A program made the position numbers and the translations under genes. The notes beneath the pieces were generated by a model. The model saw only the letters and a list, made by a program, of their open reading frames with translations. It ran no database searches and was not told the origin of the DNA. From NCBI GenBank assembly GCA_016432365.1, contig CP066686.1:874918-938917 (forward strand): DNA of 64,000 nt, read 5' to 3'. Source of the DNA: Candidatus Woesebacteria bacterium (GTDB taxonomy: Bacteria; Patescibacteriota; Microgenomatia; UBA8517). Below, piece after piece: positions 19,302 through 29,460 of the stretch; the stretch's first letter is position 1, and each line of letters opens with the position of its first letter.

Positions 19302-19378
19302 AAAAATCAAAAGTTAGAAGTCAAAACTCAAAATTTTTACTTTTGAATTGTATTTTTGACTTTTGCTTTTTGAATCTT
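19302..19378 (+). repeat. heptamer-periodic hairpin element, family B intergenic copy
   Basis: both arms nearly identical to 42291-42395. Confidence 0.85.
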
Positions 19379-19381
19379 AAT

Positions 19382-20848
19382 TTAATTTCCAAATATCTCT
19401 TCTGCAACCTTGATTATATCCTTATCTTTCCCTTCAGTCAAAATCGGTTCAATTTTATTTTCTTCCACAATCTTCTTTACGGGAGGGTCTACCAATGTAC
19501 AAACAACCCTTGTAGGAGATTGAAGAACTTTTCCAACCACGTCCTCTACTATCCGCCGATGCTGATTATCTTCTAATCGTTCTTTATGAAATTTATAATA
19601 TACCCCCAGGGTCAGGGTCTTTCCGTCGTAAGCTACCGGGCGGGCAGCCCGGAGCAACGCTTCGATCGAGGCATTAATGGGTTTTACAAGTGATAGGACA
19701 TTCTTCCAGGTCTCGCCCTCAACCTCCATATTTTCGACGGGGGCTGAAATTCGCTCATTAGTGATGATTTCAACCGCTTGAATCATCCCTGTCTTAGGAG
19801 TAGGCTCATTTACATCTTCTTTTTTAATTTTTAATTCTTCATTATCAATTACCTCCCCGCACCACTTTATTACAGCAATCTCGAGTGGCAATTCTTCAAT
19901 CGGCGAATCCGGAACTTGGCGGTTGGCTTCAATCAAGAGTTCTGCCAGAAGAATCAATTCGCCACTTCCGTCGACATCCGAAATGATATTTTTGTGTATC
20001 TCGGTAAGCGTTTGTTTAAGTAATGCCTCAACACCCGCACCAGCCTCAACTGCATTTTTGACAAAATTAAGAGCACTGTCCAAATCTTTCTTGTACAAAA
20101 AGTTTACAAACTCCTCCACACCCTGAGCTTTGCCCTTTTCCAGAAATTTATTACCTTCAACACTAACCTGCTCTAAAAGTTTCACAGCATCCCTGAACGA
20201 CCCGTTGGCTGCACCGGCAATATCTTCCAAAGTTTTTGGATCAATATCAAGGTTTTCCCCTTTAATCACACGTGTTAAAGATTGCCGGATTTCTTCAGAG
20301 CTGGCTTTTCTGAATCTGATAAACGTCGTTCTTGATCGGATTGTGTCTATTAGTTTCTCGGGATTTGTTGTTGCCAAAATAAAAACAACATGCTCTGGGG
20401 GTTCCTCAAGGGTTTTAAGTAGCGCGTTGCTGGCTTCGGTTGTTAACATGTGAGCCTCGTCAATAATGTATATTTTTTTATTCGCTTTTACAGGTGAAAG
20501 TTTGACGGCGTCTTTTAAAGTACGAACATCGTCAATACCACGATGACTTGCGGCATCCATTTCAACAACGTCTAAATTATTACCTTTTGTAATAGATATG
20601 CACTGTTCACACTTATCACACGGTTCATAACTTTTCACTTTTAACTTTTCACTTTTCGCTACCTCCTCACAGTTTATTATTTTTGCTAATATTCTTGCTG
20701 CGGAAGTTTTACCCGTTCCTTTTGGTCCGGCAAATAAAAATGCATGAGGTATTTGGCCGGAAGTTACAATTTTTTTTAATGATTCACGGACCTCGGGCAA
20801 ATCAAGTTCATCTAAATTATTTGAACGGTATTTTAAATAGAGTGTCAT
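19382..20848 (-). CDS. dnaX: DNA polymerase III subunit gamma/tau
   Basis: GPKGTGKT, EMDAASHRG, IIDEAHML, LKTLEEPP. Confidence 0.97.
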   Translation of the reverse strand: MTLYLKYRSNNLDELDLPEVRESLKKIVTSGQIPHAFLFAGPKGTGKTSAARILAKIINCEEVAKSEKLKVKSYEPCDKCEQCISITKGNNLDVVEMDAASHRGIDDVRTLKDAVKLSPVKANKKIYIIDEAHMLTTEASNALLKTLEEPPEHVVFILATTNPEKLIDTIRSRTTFIRFRKASSEEIRQSLTRVIKGENLDIDPKTLEDIAGAANGSFRDAVKLLEQVSVEGNKFLEKGKAQGVEEFVNFLYKKDLDSALNFVKNAVEAGAGVEALLKQTLTEIHKNIISDVDGSGELILLAELLIEANRQVPDSPIEELPLEIAVIKWCGEVIDNEELKIKKEDVNEPTPKTGMIQAVEIITNERISAPVENMEVEGETWKNVLSLVKPINASIEALLRAARPVAYDGKTLTLGVYYKFHKERLEDNQHRRIVEDVVGKVLQSPTRVVCTLVDPPVKKIVEENKIEPILTEGKDKDIIKVAEEIFGN

Positions 20849-20883
20849 TATTTATTTACCTATTTGTTGATTTGATTATTTGC

Positions 20884-21270
20884 TTATTCCGCATGGTGTA
20901 TTCCCAACAAGTGCAAAGTTCCGTGTTCAGTGAGTTCGTAAACTCTCTCGTCGATCAAAACATTTTCTTCTTTGGCCTCCCTAAGCGCTTCGGGATAACA
21001 AATAATTACCTCTCCAAGATGCATGGTTCCATCGGGGGGATATACGAACCCTTTTACTTCAGTTGGAGTAAAAGAAAGAACATTGTGAAGTTTCCTATCT
21101 TTAAGATATTTTTTACCAATCTCCAACATTTTAGTTTCTCCAACGATGGCGACTGAAATTTCAGCATCAGAAACTATACCATTTTTAGCCAAAAAATCGG
21201 CCAGTTTTTTCTTAATGACCGTTGCCTTAACGGGATAATTTGACTGTTTAGTTATTGAAACTTTAATCAT
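20884..21270 (-). CDS. ybeY: rRNA maturation RNase YbeY
   Basis: VLSF, LGEVII, HGTLHLLGIHH. Confidence 0.9.
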   Translation of the reverse strand: MIKVSITKQSNYPVKATVIKKKLADFLAKNGIVSDAEISVAIVGETKMLEIGKKYLKDRKLHNVLSFTPTEVKGFVYPPDGTMHLGEVIICYPEALREAKEENVLIDERVYELTEHGTLHLLGIHHAE

Positions 21271-21285
21271 AATAGTAACTAGCTA

Positions 21286-21732
21286 CTAGTGACTAGTTAC
21301 TAGTTTCTGGCGAACAAGTTCTGCAATTTTCCCTCCTTCAACACTTGGGGCCTTTGATTTAACGACCCCGATGACCCTACCTAAATCGGCAATTGTTTTA
21401 GCCCCTAACTGATTTATTGAATCACTGATTAATTGATTTAATTCCGCCTCATCCATTTCCGGAGGTAAAAATTCCTGAAGTATCTTAAGCTCCAATTTTT
21501 CCGATTCAGCCAAATCAGACCTCCCCGCCTTTTCGTATGCATCGATAGAATCTTTTCTTTGTTTGGCCTGCTTTCGAATTACGTTTAATTCCTCATCTCC
21601 CGTTAAATCGTGTTGTTTCTCGATTTTTTCGTAATTAAAAGCGCTAGAAAGAAGTTTGAGAGTCGAAAGACGCACCGTGTCATGCGCCTTCATGGCCTCT
21701 CCTATTAATTTTGCAATGTCTTTAGATATCAT
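21286..21732 (-). CDS. GatB/YqeY domain protein
   Basis: AMKA...KQRKDSI..Y..AGR.DL...E...L..FLP. Confidence 0.9.
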   Translation of the reverse strand: MISKDIAKLIGEAMKAHDTVRLSTLKLLSSAFNYEKIEKQHDLTGDEELNVIRKQAKQRKDSIDAYEKAGRSDLAESEKLELKILQEFLPPEMDEAELNQLISDSINQLGAKTIADLGRVIGVVKSKAPSVEGGKIAELVRQKLVTSH

Positions 21733-21744
21733 AGTTTTGAGCAA

Positions 21745-21792
21745 CTTGCCCTTACGCCCGCATGCGATGCAGTCTGCCTTGGCGAAGGAGGG
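21745..21792 (-). repeat. GC-rich palindromic element with nested insert
   Basis: reverse complement CCCTCCTTCGCCAAGGC[AGACTGCATCGCATGCGGGCGT]AAGGGCAAG. Confidence 0.65.
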
Positions 21793-21816
21793 TCATTGTC
21801 TGTATATTTTGAGCTA

Positions 21817-22209
21817 TCATATGTTTTCTTTAATCATTTTAGCAGTTTTTTCCATTTCGACAGCGTCAAATGTTTTTCTATTCGAAGTATCTATGAATGC
21901 TTCTTTCCCATAGATCGGAACTATCCAAATATGCGCATGGTGAACATCCATACCGTGCGTCAAAAACTCAACCATTGGAGCCCCCAAAGACTTCAACTGC
22001 GCCTTTGCAACTTTCCTGGCCACTTCCCAATATTCACCAAAATTGGGAACATCCCAAGTCCATCTGTAGTGTGTCTTTGGAATTAATTGGACGTGACCGA
22101 TATTTAGTGGAGATATGTCTAAAAATGCCATGAAATCGGCATCTTCGTATACTTTATATGAAGGTATTTCTCCTTTAACGATTTTGCAAAAAATACAATC
22201 AGAAACCAT
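21817..22209 (-). CDS. HIT family hydrolase
   Basis: DCIFCKI, GH..LIPK.H, VHHAHIW. Confidence 0.92.
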   Translation of the reverse strand: MVSDCIFCKIVKGEIPSYKVYEDADFMAFLDISPLNIGHVQLIPKTHYRWTWDVPNFGEYWEVARKVAKAQLKSLGAPMVEFLTHGMDVHHAHIWIVPIYGKEAFIDTSNRKTFDAVEMEKTAKMIKENI

Positions 22210-22282
22210 AGCCCGACAAGTATATATATTTTCACGGAGAACGACAAGACATCAATCTATACAAAAATGAAGACATAAGTCG

Positions 22283-22311
22283 TTGACTATGGGTTTACAT
22301 TAATGTAAACT
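22283..22311 (+). promoter_or_regulatory. sigma70 promoter overlapped by perfect 18-bp palindrome
   Basis: TTGACT-17-TAAACT; GTTTACATTAATGTAAAC 22293-22310. Confidence 0.6.
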
Positions 22312-22492
22312 TCATCCTCGCTGTTTGAAAGTAAAATAAGGAAAAAGGAGCCACAATGTTTCATTTGTGATGCTCGAAGACCGTACGCGCGGACCAGCGA
22401 CAAAGATCGCAGCGGAAATTTTGTGCCGTTGGCTACTCTTGTTCTGGGGCTTTTTAAAATCCCTTACCAAGGAAGAATCTGAAAGGAGAGGA

Positions 22493-22648
22493 ATGAACAA
22501 AAACGAAGAAAGGTTTCTCTGGGCATTGGCCAAGGTGATCTTCTACTTTAAGCAAATTTTCTGGTCAGATTTTGCCAAAGCCATATATGTAGCATTGCTA
22601 CTGCTCGCTTTTGTCTACGGTGTTTCCCGCAACTTTATGCTGCCGTAG
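22493..22648 (+). CDS. small membrane protein (may start at 22367)
   Basis: AAGGAG SD before ATG 22493; C-terminal TM; hairpin 22656-22692 downstream. Confidence 0.5.
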   Translation: MNKNEERFLWALAKVIFYFKQIFWSDFAKAIYVALLLLAFVYGVSRNFMLP

Positions 22649-22696
22649 CCAAATCCTCACAGTGGTTGTTAACCAACAATAACCACTGTGAGAGTA

Positions 22697-23893
22697 CTAT
22701 TTTTTTAGTCTCTCAATAGCCTCGTCTAAACTCAGAAGTTCACTTTCGTCTTTTGATCTTTCCTTATATTCAACTTTATCCCCATTTCTTTCCGATAACA
22801 CCAACCTGACCGGTATTCCGATTAAATCGCTGTCTCCAAATTTTTCCCCGGCACTAACTTCACGGTCATCCCAAAGAACGTCGAAACCTGTCTCAATCAA
22901 TTTACCGTATATTTCTTTACCATTGCCGTTTAAGTCAACTAAATGGATATCAAAAGGAGAAATTTGCTTGCTCCAAATAATTCCTTTATCATCATGCGAA
23001 ACTTCAACCCAAGTTCCCATGACACGTGTCGGACCTATTCCGTAGCTTCCAAACCAAATCGGTTTCTTGCCACCATCACGATCGGTAAAATAGGCTCTCA
23101 TGCGTTCTGAATAAAAGGTTCCCAGAGGAAAAATATTTCCGACTTCAATAGACTTTGCACTTATATATTCCTCTTTATTCCCCTCCATCACTTCCTCATT
23201 TGTAGCTTCTGTATCTCCTTCTTTCCAATAAATTGTATCTTCACCAACATCGCTTAATACTTGAAATTCGTGAGTAAATTTGTCTGTAAATACCCCACCC
23301 GATGCTTTAGCAATTTTAAAATTGAAGCCTAAACGGGTAAAAATCTTTGAATATGCACTTTTGACTTTTTCATAATACTCCATTAGGTCTTCTTCAGAAG
23401 CGTGGGCAGAATACAAATCTTTCATCATGAATTCTCGACCTCTTAAAATTCCGCTTTTAGCACGAAGCTCGTTTCTGAATTTTGTGGAAAAATGATAAAT
23501 GGAAACCGGCAAATCTTTGTAGCTGCTAATCGTTTTTCTCAGAAGATCCATAACTATTTCTTCGTGAGTAAAAGAGAGGGCGTATTCTTTTTCTCTTGAA
23601 TCTTTAAGCTTATACATTATCTCATTGGCCTTGTCCCACCTCCCGGTTTCGTTCCATATTGTTTTCGGGTGAAGTAGTGGCATAAGCATTTCCTGCCCGC
23701 CAACAGCATTAATTTCTTCCCTGATTATCTGGTTAATTTTTTGCACAACCTTAAAACCCATTGGAAGAAGTGTCCAGCTGCCCGCCATAAGTTGATCCAT
23801 AAATCCGGCACGGACCAGGAGTTTATGATTGATACTTTCTGCATCCTTCGGCGCTTCTTTTTTTGTCTTCGGAAAAAGTTGAGATTGCTTCAC
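22697..23893 (-). CDS. proS: proline--tRNA ligase, short form without editing domain
   Basis: FRNELR...GILRGREF.MKD.YS, IEVGNIF.LG, GSYGIG. Confidence 0.95.
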   Translation of the reverse strand: MKQSQLFPKTKKEAPKDAESINHKLLVRAGFMDQLMAGSWTLLPMGFKVVQKINQIIREEINAVGGQEMLMPLLHPKTIWNETGRWDKANEIMYKLKDSREKEYALSFTHEEIVMDLLRKTISSYKDLPVSIYHFSTKFRNELRAKSGILRGREFMMKDLYSAHASEEDLMEYYEKVKSAYSKIFTRLGFNFKIAKASGGVFTDKFTHEFQVLSDVGEDTIYWKEGDTEATNEEVMEGNKEEYISAKSIEVGNIFPLGTFYSERMRAYFTDRDGGKKPIWFGSYGIGPTRVMGTWVEVSHDDKGIIWSKQISPFDIHLVDLNGNGKEIYGKLIETGFDVLWDDREVSAGEKFGDSDLIGIPVRLVLSERNGDKVEYKERSKDESELLSLDEAIERLKK

Positions 23894-23913
23894 AGAAGTT
23901 ATTCTACTATATA

Positions 23914-25002
23914 TTACCTAACAATGCTCTTTAAAAATCCATCTATGCTTCCCGCTGTAATCAGCCGCCGGATATCCCCTATTGTTATTGCCAGGATCAG
24001 AGTCAAAAGAATTACCATTCCAATTGTATGAACTATTGCCTCAACTTTAGGAACAATTTTTTTACCGATTATGGATTCAATTCCAATAAAAAACAGGCGT
24101 CCACCGTCAAGGGCCGGGAATGGAAGAATGTTTAAGATAGCCAAATTTACAGATAAAACTCCTACAAAATTAATTAAAGTTATGATTCCATTTTTTGCGG
24201 CCTCAGTTGTCACAGCAAATATTCCCACTGGCCCGGAAACGTCCTGCGGGGCGTGTCCTTTGAATAGTCCAGCAATAATTCCCAAAAGCCCGACAAGGAT
24301 TGTTTGTCCCCAGAAAATCGCGTCTTTAAATCCGTAATAAATTCCGTAAAATGGTCGCTGCCAAACAGGTGGAAAATATATTTCAGTTGAAGTAATGGTT
24401 ACTCCCAACGGACCTTCCCCTGCAGGCGGATTAACCCTGGGGATTACAGTGATTTTACCTTTTTCAGTTTCTATATTAACTTTTTGCCCTTTTTTGGCAT
24501 CAACATTTTTTATGAAGTTGTTTACATCGGCTACATCTTTTCCGTCAACTTTCCTGATGATGTCCCCCACAACTAATCCAGCTGAAATCGCCGGAGAATT
24601 TGCGGAAATATCAACTACTTTTATTTGATGAGTATCTTTTGGAATTCCAGTTACGGAATAGACTATTGCAAAAGCGACTACGGCAAGTAGAAAATTCATA
24701 ACCACTCCGGCTACGACGACAGAAATTCTGGTTCTCTTATTTTTGTTGAGAAATGCGCGGTTGGGATCGGTAACTCCACCCTCTTCTTGTTCACCATGAA
24801 GCCTAACGAATCCACCGAAAGGGAGTGCGTTTACAGAATAAATTGTTTCCCCTATTTTTTTGCCGAAAAGCCGGGGTGGAAGTCCAAAACCAAATTCCTC
24901 AACCCAGATTCCGGCCCGCCTGGCCATAATAAAGTGGCCAAGTTCATGAACCAAAATCAGAACGGAAAGAACAACAAGAAAAACTAAAATTGAAATCAAC
25001 AT
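23914..25002 (-). CDS. rseP: RIP metalloprotease RseP (M50 with PDZ)
   Basis: HELGH, PDZ region, NILPFPALDGG. Confidence 0.93.
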   Translation of the reverse strand: MLISILVFLVVLSVLILVHELGHFIMARRAGIWVEEFGFGLPPRLFGKKIGETIYSVNALPFGGFVRLHGEQEEGGVTDPNRAFLNKNKRTRISVVVAGVVMNFLLAVVAFAIVYSVTGIPKDTHQIKVVDISANSPAISAGLVVGDIIRKVDGKDVADVNNFIKNVDAKKGQKVNIETEKGKITVIPRVNPPAGEGPLGVTITSTEIYFPPVWQRPFYGIYYGFKDAIFWGQTILVGLLGIIAGLFKGHAPQDVSGPVGIFAVTTEAAKNGIITLINFVGVLSVNLAILNILPFPALDGGRLFFIGIESIIGKKIVPKVEAIVHTIGMVILLTLILAITIGDIRRLITAGSIDGFLKSIVR

Positions 25003-25061
25003 GTAAAAAGTAGTATGTAGAATACGAAGAGGAAAAGCAAGGAAGAAAATTGAAAAATGAT

Positions 25062-26171
25062 TTATTTCGACTTAGGACCAATCAATAACTTGTAGTCGCC
25101 GGAAAGTTTGTGGCCATTGACCTGTAACCTGTCAAAAATTCCTTTCTTGGTTCTTTTAGGATCACTATTGGGAGCCAAATACAAGTACCTTCCCACCTCT
25201 GATTCCTGATCTTGAGTATAAAACCTGATCCCGGCAATTCTGGCTCCGGGGTTTCCAAGTACTGAAGACTTGCCGTTTTCATCCACCCAATGGGAGTCCA
25301 CACCCTCAAAAATATTTTTAAATACCGCAGCAGAAATGAATGCGCTTTTTGTCTCGTCTTTCGATACAACCCTGATTCCCGACACTTCTGCGTTTTTTCC
25401 ACTACCGGTTATATCCACCTCTATTTTGCTGACATCGTCATGTTCCCAAAGCGAAACAAAAAGACCCACCATCTCTTCTTCTTTGGGGGTCGTTCGCCTT
25501 TTAATTTCATCTTTTGACTTTAACTTTATGGAAAACATTTGTTCAGTTTCCGGCTTAGGTTTTTCCCGCTCCTCTTTAAAACTATCTGCCGCCCTTGCAG
25601 CGGGCTCGGTTTGGACCGGTTCAGCGGCTGGCGTTTCCGGTTCTTGGGGATTTGGATTTGATTTCAACACTTTCAATTGGTCTTCTTCTACTTTATATCT
25701 TTTTCTTTCCTCCGCAAAATCGTCAACAATAAACTTCATAAATGAATCTTCGTCTTGTCCATCAAAATCGGGGTTTGGGGTACCATAAACTTTTTCCAAG
25801 TCTTTGAGAGTGTTAATGGGTTCCGGACTGGTGTAACTATGAAGGTATCTTTCCCAATCCGCCTTCAAACCTTCGTCCTCAATCGGACGATCCGTTTTTA
25901 TATGGTCCACAAGTTCGGCCTGCCAGTTTATCTCTTTTGGTTTTTCTTCAACCGCCGGCATTCTCTTATCTGCCTCAATATCCCTCAACGCCGCCGCTAC
26001 AATATCTGAACCAAGTGCGACCCTAGTACCACCCCTTGACCATGGTTCAGAATCTTTTCTGTCACGGCCACCACGCCGTCTGGAATGCTCATCCTTGACC
26101 TGGGGTTTCCTCTCTACAGGCTCAATGCCGCCAACTCCATATCTATCATCTGCTTCTCCACCTCGTGCCAT
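25062..26171 (-). CDS. hypothetical acidic protein
   Basis: 369 aa ORF, no motif recognised. Confidence 0.7.
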   Translation of the reverse strand: MARGGEADDRYGVGGIEPVERKPQVKDEHSRRRGGRDRKDSEPWSRGGTRVALGSDIVAAALRDIEADKRMPAVEEKPKEINWQAELVDHIKTDRPIEDEGLKADWERYLHSYTSPEPINTLKDLEKVYGTPNPDFDGQDEDSFMKFIVDDFAEERKRYKVEEDQLKVLKSNPNPQEPETPAAEPVQTEPAARAADSFKEEREKPKPETEQMFSIKLKSKDEIKRRTTPKEEEMVGLFVSLWEHDDVSKIEVDITGSGKNAEVSGIRVVSKDETKSAFISAAVFKNIFEGVDSHWVDENGKSSVLGNPGARIAGIRFYTQDQESEVGRYLYLAPNSDPKRTKKGIFDRLQVNGHKLSGDYKLLIGPKSK

Positions 26172-26208
26172 ACATTCAGTTTATCACAATTTGAAAACTG
26201 TCAAGAAG

Positions 26209-26763
26209 TTAAATTTGAAGTAACTCTGCCTTTTTCTTTTCTCCCATCTCGTCGATCTTGGCGATGAAGGAATCTGTAATTTCTTGAAGTTTTTTTTCAT
26301 TTGCAAATTTTTCGTCTTCCGTAATTTCCTTTTCTTCAAATTTCTTTTTAATTTCATGCATTTCGTCAGCACGGACTTGCCTAACCGCTACCTTGCCGTT
26401 TTCCAGTTTGACGGATAGGAGCTTTACATATTTTTCGCGATCTTCTGTTGTCAGGGGCTGCATAATTATTCTGAGAATCTCTCCATCAATGGAGGGATTC
26501 ATACCAATATTGGCTTCTAAGATTCCTTTTCGGATATCCCCGATTATAGATTTATCCCAAGGGTTAATTACTATTGAGGTTGGGTCGGGCGAAGTAATAC
26601 TAGCCACCTCCATTACTCTTAGGCGCTGTGTTCCGCCATACGCAGGAACAACAATGTTTTCTACAAGCGAAGGAGTTGCACGACCAGTGCGAACACCTGC
26701 GATGTCCGAGGCAATAGAATCTACCGAAGCCTGCATTTTGGAGCGGATTAAACCTTCATCCAT
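26209..26763 (-). CDS. frr: ribosome recycling factor
   Basis: RTGRATP, AYG, INPWDK, KVAVRQVR. Confidence 0.96.
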   Translation of the reverse strand: MDEGLIRSKMQASVDSIASDIAGVRTGRATPSLVENIVVPAYGGTQRLRVMEVASITSPDPTSIVINPWDKSIIGDIRKGILEANIGMNPSIDGEILRIIMQPLTTEDREKYVKLLSVKLENGKVAVRQVRADEMHEIKKKFEEKEITEDEKFANEKKLQEITDSFIAKIDEMGEKKKAELLQI

Positions 26764-27215
26764 TACTTTCCTAATTCTACACGAAAAACGCGACCGATGC
26801 GAATATTTTCTCCGGTCTTGGCGATAACTTCTTTAACAAGATCCAAAACTTTCTTTGATGGGTCTTTTATAAAATCCTGTTTTTCTAAATCAACTTCCCC
26901 CATTGACGCAGCTTGCATAGCAACTTCGCGGCCTAAATTTTCAAAAAGCTCGTTTTTGGCTACAAAGTCGGTTTCGCAAAGAAGCTCTACTACTCCGACA
27001 ACTTTACCTGTGTGGTGAGTGTAAACAAAAATTTTTCCCTGTGAAGTTACCCTACCTTCTCTTTTTTCTGCTTTGGCCAATCCCTCTTTCTTAAGAATTA
27101 CCAGAGCCTCCTTCTCACTTCCTTTTACATCCTCCAAAACTTCTCTAATACGGATAAATGCCACCCCAGTTTCTTCCCTAAGTTTTTTAATAAGACCGAT
27201 ATCTATCTTTCCCAT
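26763..27215 (-). CDS. tsf: elongation factor Ts, short form
   Basis: IKKLREETG, ELLCETDFVA, GENIRI. Confidence 0.95.
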   Translation of the reverse strand: MGKIDIGLIKKLREETGVAFIRIREVLEDVKGSEKEALVILKKEGLAKAEKREGRVTSQGKIFVYTHHTGKVVGVVELLCETDFVAKNELFENLGREVAMQAASMGEVDLEKQDFIKDPSKKVLDLVKEVIAKTGENIRIGRVFRVELGK

Positions 27216-27218
27216 GCT

Positions 27219-27932
27219 TTATTTTTCCGTTTTTACTTCTTCGCTCTTCGGTTTTCCTTCAAGAATAGCCTCTTTGACTAAATTAAGTACATACTCCAAA
27301 GCCTTGCTTGCATCGTCATTCATGGGAATTGGGTAATCAATATCATCCGGATCAGAATTGCTGTCAACTATACCGACAATGGCCACATGCCCCGCAGTTG
27401 CTTCTCTTATTGCCGATGTCTCTCTTTTTGTGTCGATGACAAAAAGAACGTCCGGGACTTTCGTCAAGGTTTGAACTCCACCAAAAAATCTTTCAAGTCT
27501 TGTTATCTCTCTGTCAATTAAAAGCCTCTCTTTTTTCGTAAATTTAGCGTAACCACCCGAGGCCATATTGGCTCTCATTTCCTCCATTTTGGTAAGTGAT
27601 TTTTTAATTTGACCGAAGTTTGAGACTGTTCCACCCAACCATCTTTCGTTGACATAAGGAACACCAGCTTCCTCTGCAACCTCTTTAACCCTCTCTTTAA
27701 TCTGTTTTTTTGTACCCAAAAGAAGTATTGTTTTTCCTTCTTTTGCTGATTTTGTTAAAAATTCCAAAGCCTCTTCGATAAGGGGCTTGGTTTTGGTTAA
27801 ATCAAAAATATGAACTCCGTTTTCTGAGCCATAAAGATACTCCTCCATTTTGGGGTTCCAACGTTTGGTTTGATGCCCAAAATGAGCTCCAGAATCCAAG
27901 AGATCTTCGAGTGAAATTTTAACTTTTGACAT
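27219..27932 (-). CDS. rpsB: 30S ribosomal protein S2
   Basis: GAHFGHQTKRWNPKM, RWLGG, PMNDD. Confidence 0.98.
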   Translation of the reverse strand: MSKVKISLEDLLDSGAHFGHQTKRWNPKMEEYLYGSENGVHIFDLTKTKPLIEEALEFLTKSAKEGKTILLLGTKKQIKERVKEVAEEAGVPYVNERWLGGTVSNFGQIKKSLTKMEEMRANMASGGYAKFTKKERLLIDREITRLERFFGGVQTLTKVPDVLFVIDTKRETSAIREATAGHVAIVGIVDSNSDPDDIDYPIPMNDDASKALEYVLNLVKEAILEGKPKSEEVKTEK

Positions 27933-28003
27933 GTTATCGTCGTGGCTTCCTTTGTCCGCCGCAGATCGGAAGTGATCCAGGAAACCGGATCTGCGTGTGA
28001 GAT
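27933..28003 (-). promoter_or_regulatory. structured rpsB 5' leader (S2 autoregulatory-leader-like)
   Basis: TATAAT then CACACGCAGATC...GATCTGCGGCGGA stem upstream of rpsB. Confidence 0.6.
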
Positions 28004-28021
28004 CGAATTATAACCTAAGCC

Positions 28022-28537
28022 TTACAGCTTGGCAAGGGCTGACTTATTTATCTTTATATTTTCCAAGGCGCTTTTGGCCGCGGCACGGGCGAGATGAATT
28101 GCGGTTCGTCCGTCGCTAACAGCGTTTTTGTTACCCACCCTGGAAACTCTATACCCCAACTCCTCCAGTTCGTGAGAAAGTTTTCTTACTTCCATTGGAA
28201 CTTCGATTGCGTATTTTAAGGATTTTTTAATTATCTGGGCTCTATTCGGATTTTCTTTGTCCATTTTGTATGCTTCCATTACTTTTTGATAAGCTTTGGC
28301 GTCTTCCTCGGCAAGGACAGCCAATCGTTTTTTGATTTCTCCCGTGTCTTTGGCAATTTTAAGTAGAATTTTTTCTTTATCTTCATACCCCTTTTTACCT
28401 ATTGTTAAATTAACAACCATTTCTATTAACGATGCCGCAAAGCTTGCCGCAAGTGCCGCCACAACCCCACCCCCAGGAGTCGGATTTTTACTACTCAATT
28501 CTCTCTGAAATTCCTCAATTGTTTGTTTGTTTACCAT
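28022..28537 (-). CDS. formimidoyl-THF cyclodeaminase / cyclohydrolase family protein
   Basis: PTPGGG.VAAL, MVVNLT.GK, GNKNAVSD, N..IN. Confidence 0.9.
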   Translation of the reverse strand: MVNKQTIEEFQRELSSKNPTPGGGVVAALAASFAASLIEMVVNLTIGKKGYEDKEKILLKIAKDTGEIKKRLAVLAEEDAKAYQKVMEAYKMDKENPNRAQIIKKSLKYAIEVPMEVRKLSHELEELGYRVSRVGNKNAVSDGRTAIHLARAAAKSALENIKINKSALAKL

Positions 28538-28580
28538 TTGCTCTACTGAATTACTATTTTTATCGAATTATTTGTTTTTA

Positions 28581-29459
28581 TTATTCCCAGAGTTTCTTTT
28601 CTAAAATCTGGTCTGATTTAAAATTGTCAGCCTTAAATGTTGTCTTAACTGCCCGAACTAGTGATTCAAGCGGAATCATACCATAAATTTCCGAGCTTTT
28701 AATTTTAATTCCCAATTTATTTGCTTCTGTTTCAATAGCACGATATGCCTCATCAAAATTTGTGACTTCAAAATCCACCAAATTCATTGAGACTTGAGCA
28801 AATCCGTCTACTTCAAATCCCAGCGCTTTAACAGCTTTTAGACCACCGTCTTTTTCTCTAATTTTCTTGGCAATATCTTTTGCAATTTGAACGTCGGCTG
28901 TATCCAAATTCACATTGTATGCCACCAAATATTTCCTGGCACCAATTACGGTTGCCCCGGCCGAAAGATGGATTTTATCTGGTCCGTAATCCGGTGTTTT
29001 CATTTTTACTCTTAAACTCTCCAGCTCTCCTGCTCTTACATCAGCCAGATTTCTATTTTCCGGCTTTGTTGCCGCTTCTTCATACAAAAATACCGGGATC
29101 CCAAGTTCCTCACCAACCTTTTTGCCCAATTTATTGGCCAATTCCACACATTCTTCCATGGACACCCCGGAGACCGGAACAAAAGGAACGACATCCGTTG
29201 CCCCAATTCTGGGATGTTCACCGACATGTTTATTCATGTCAATTAGTTTTGTTGCAGTTTTAATTGATTCAAAAACAGAATTCATTACTGCCTCGGGCTC
29301 CCCGACGATTGTGAACAACATGCGATTATGTGAAGCGTTAAATTCTAGCTCGAACACCTTGGCTGATTTGACAGATTGGGCCGATTTGAAAATAGCATCT
29401 ATGATTTTCTTATCGCGGCCCTCGCTGAAGTTTGGTACACACTCGACAATTTTTTGCAT
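28581..29459 (-). CDS. ftcD: glutamate formimidoyltransferase
   Basis: VECVPNFSEGR, HNR, GEHPRIGATDVVPFVP, GARKYLVAYNVNL. Confidence 0.95.
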   Translation of the reverse strand: MQKIVECVPNFSEGRDKKIIDAIFKSAQSVKSAKVFELEFNASHNRMLFTIVGEPEAVMNSVFESIKTATKLIDMNKHVGEHPRIGATDVVPFVPVSGVSMEECVELANKLGKKVGEELGIPVFLYEEAATKPENRNLADVRAGELESLRVKMKTPDYGPDKIHLSAGATVIGARKYLVAYNVNLDTADVQIAKDIAKKIREKDGGLKAVKALGFEVDGFAQVSMNLVDFEVTNFDEAYRAIETEANKLGIKIKSSEIYGMIPLESLVRAVKTTFKADNFKSDQILEKKLWE

Positions 29460-29460
29460 A

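Noticed and set aside
17566-21307. Periodic repeats as a CRISPR array
   Set aside because: No constant repeat with unique spacers and no cas genes.
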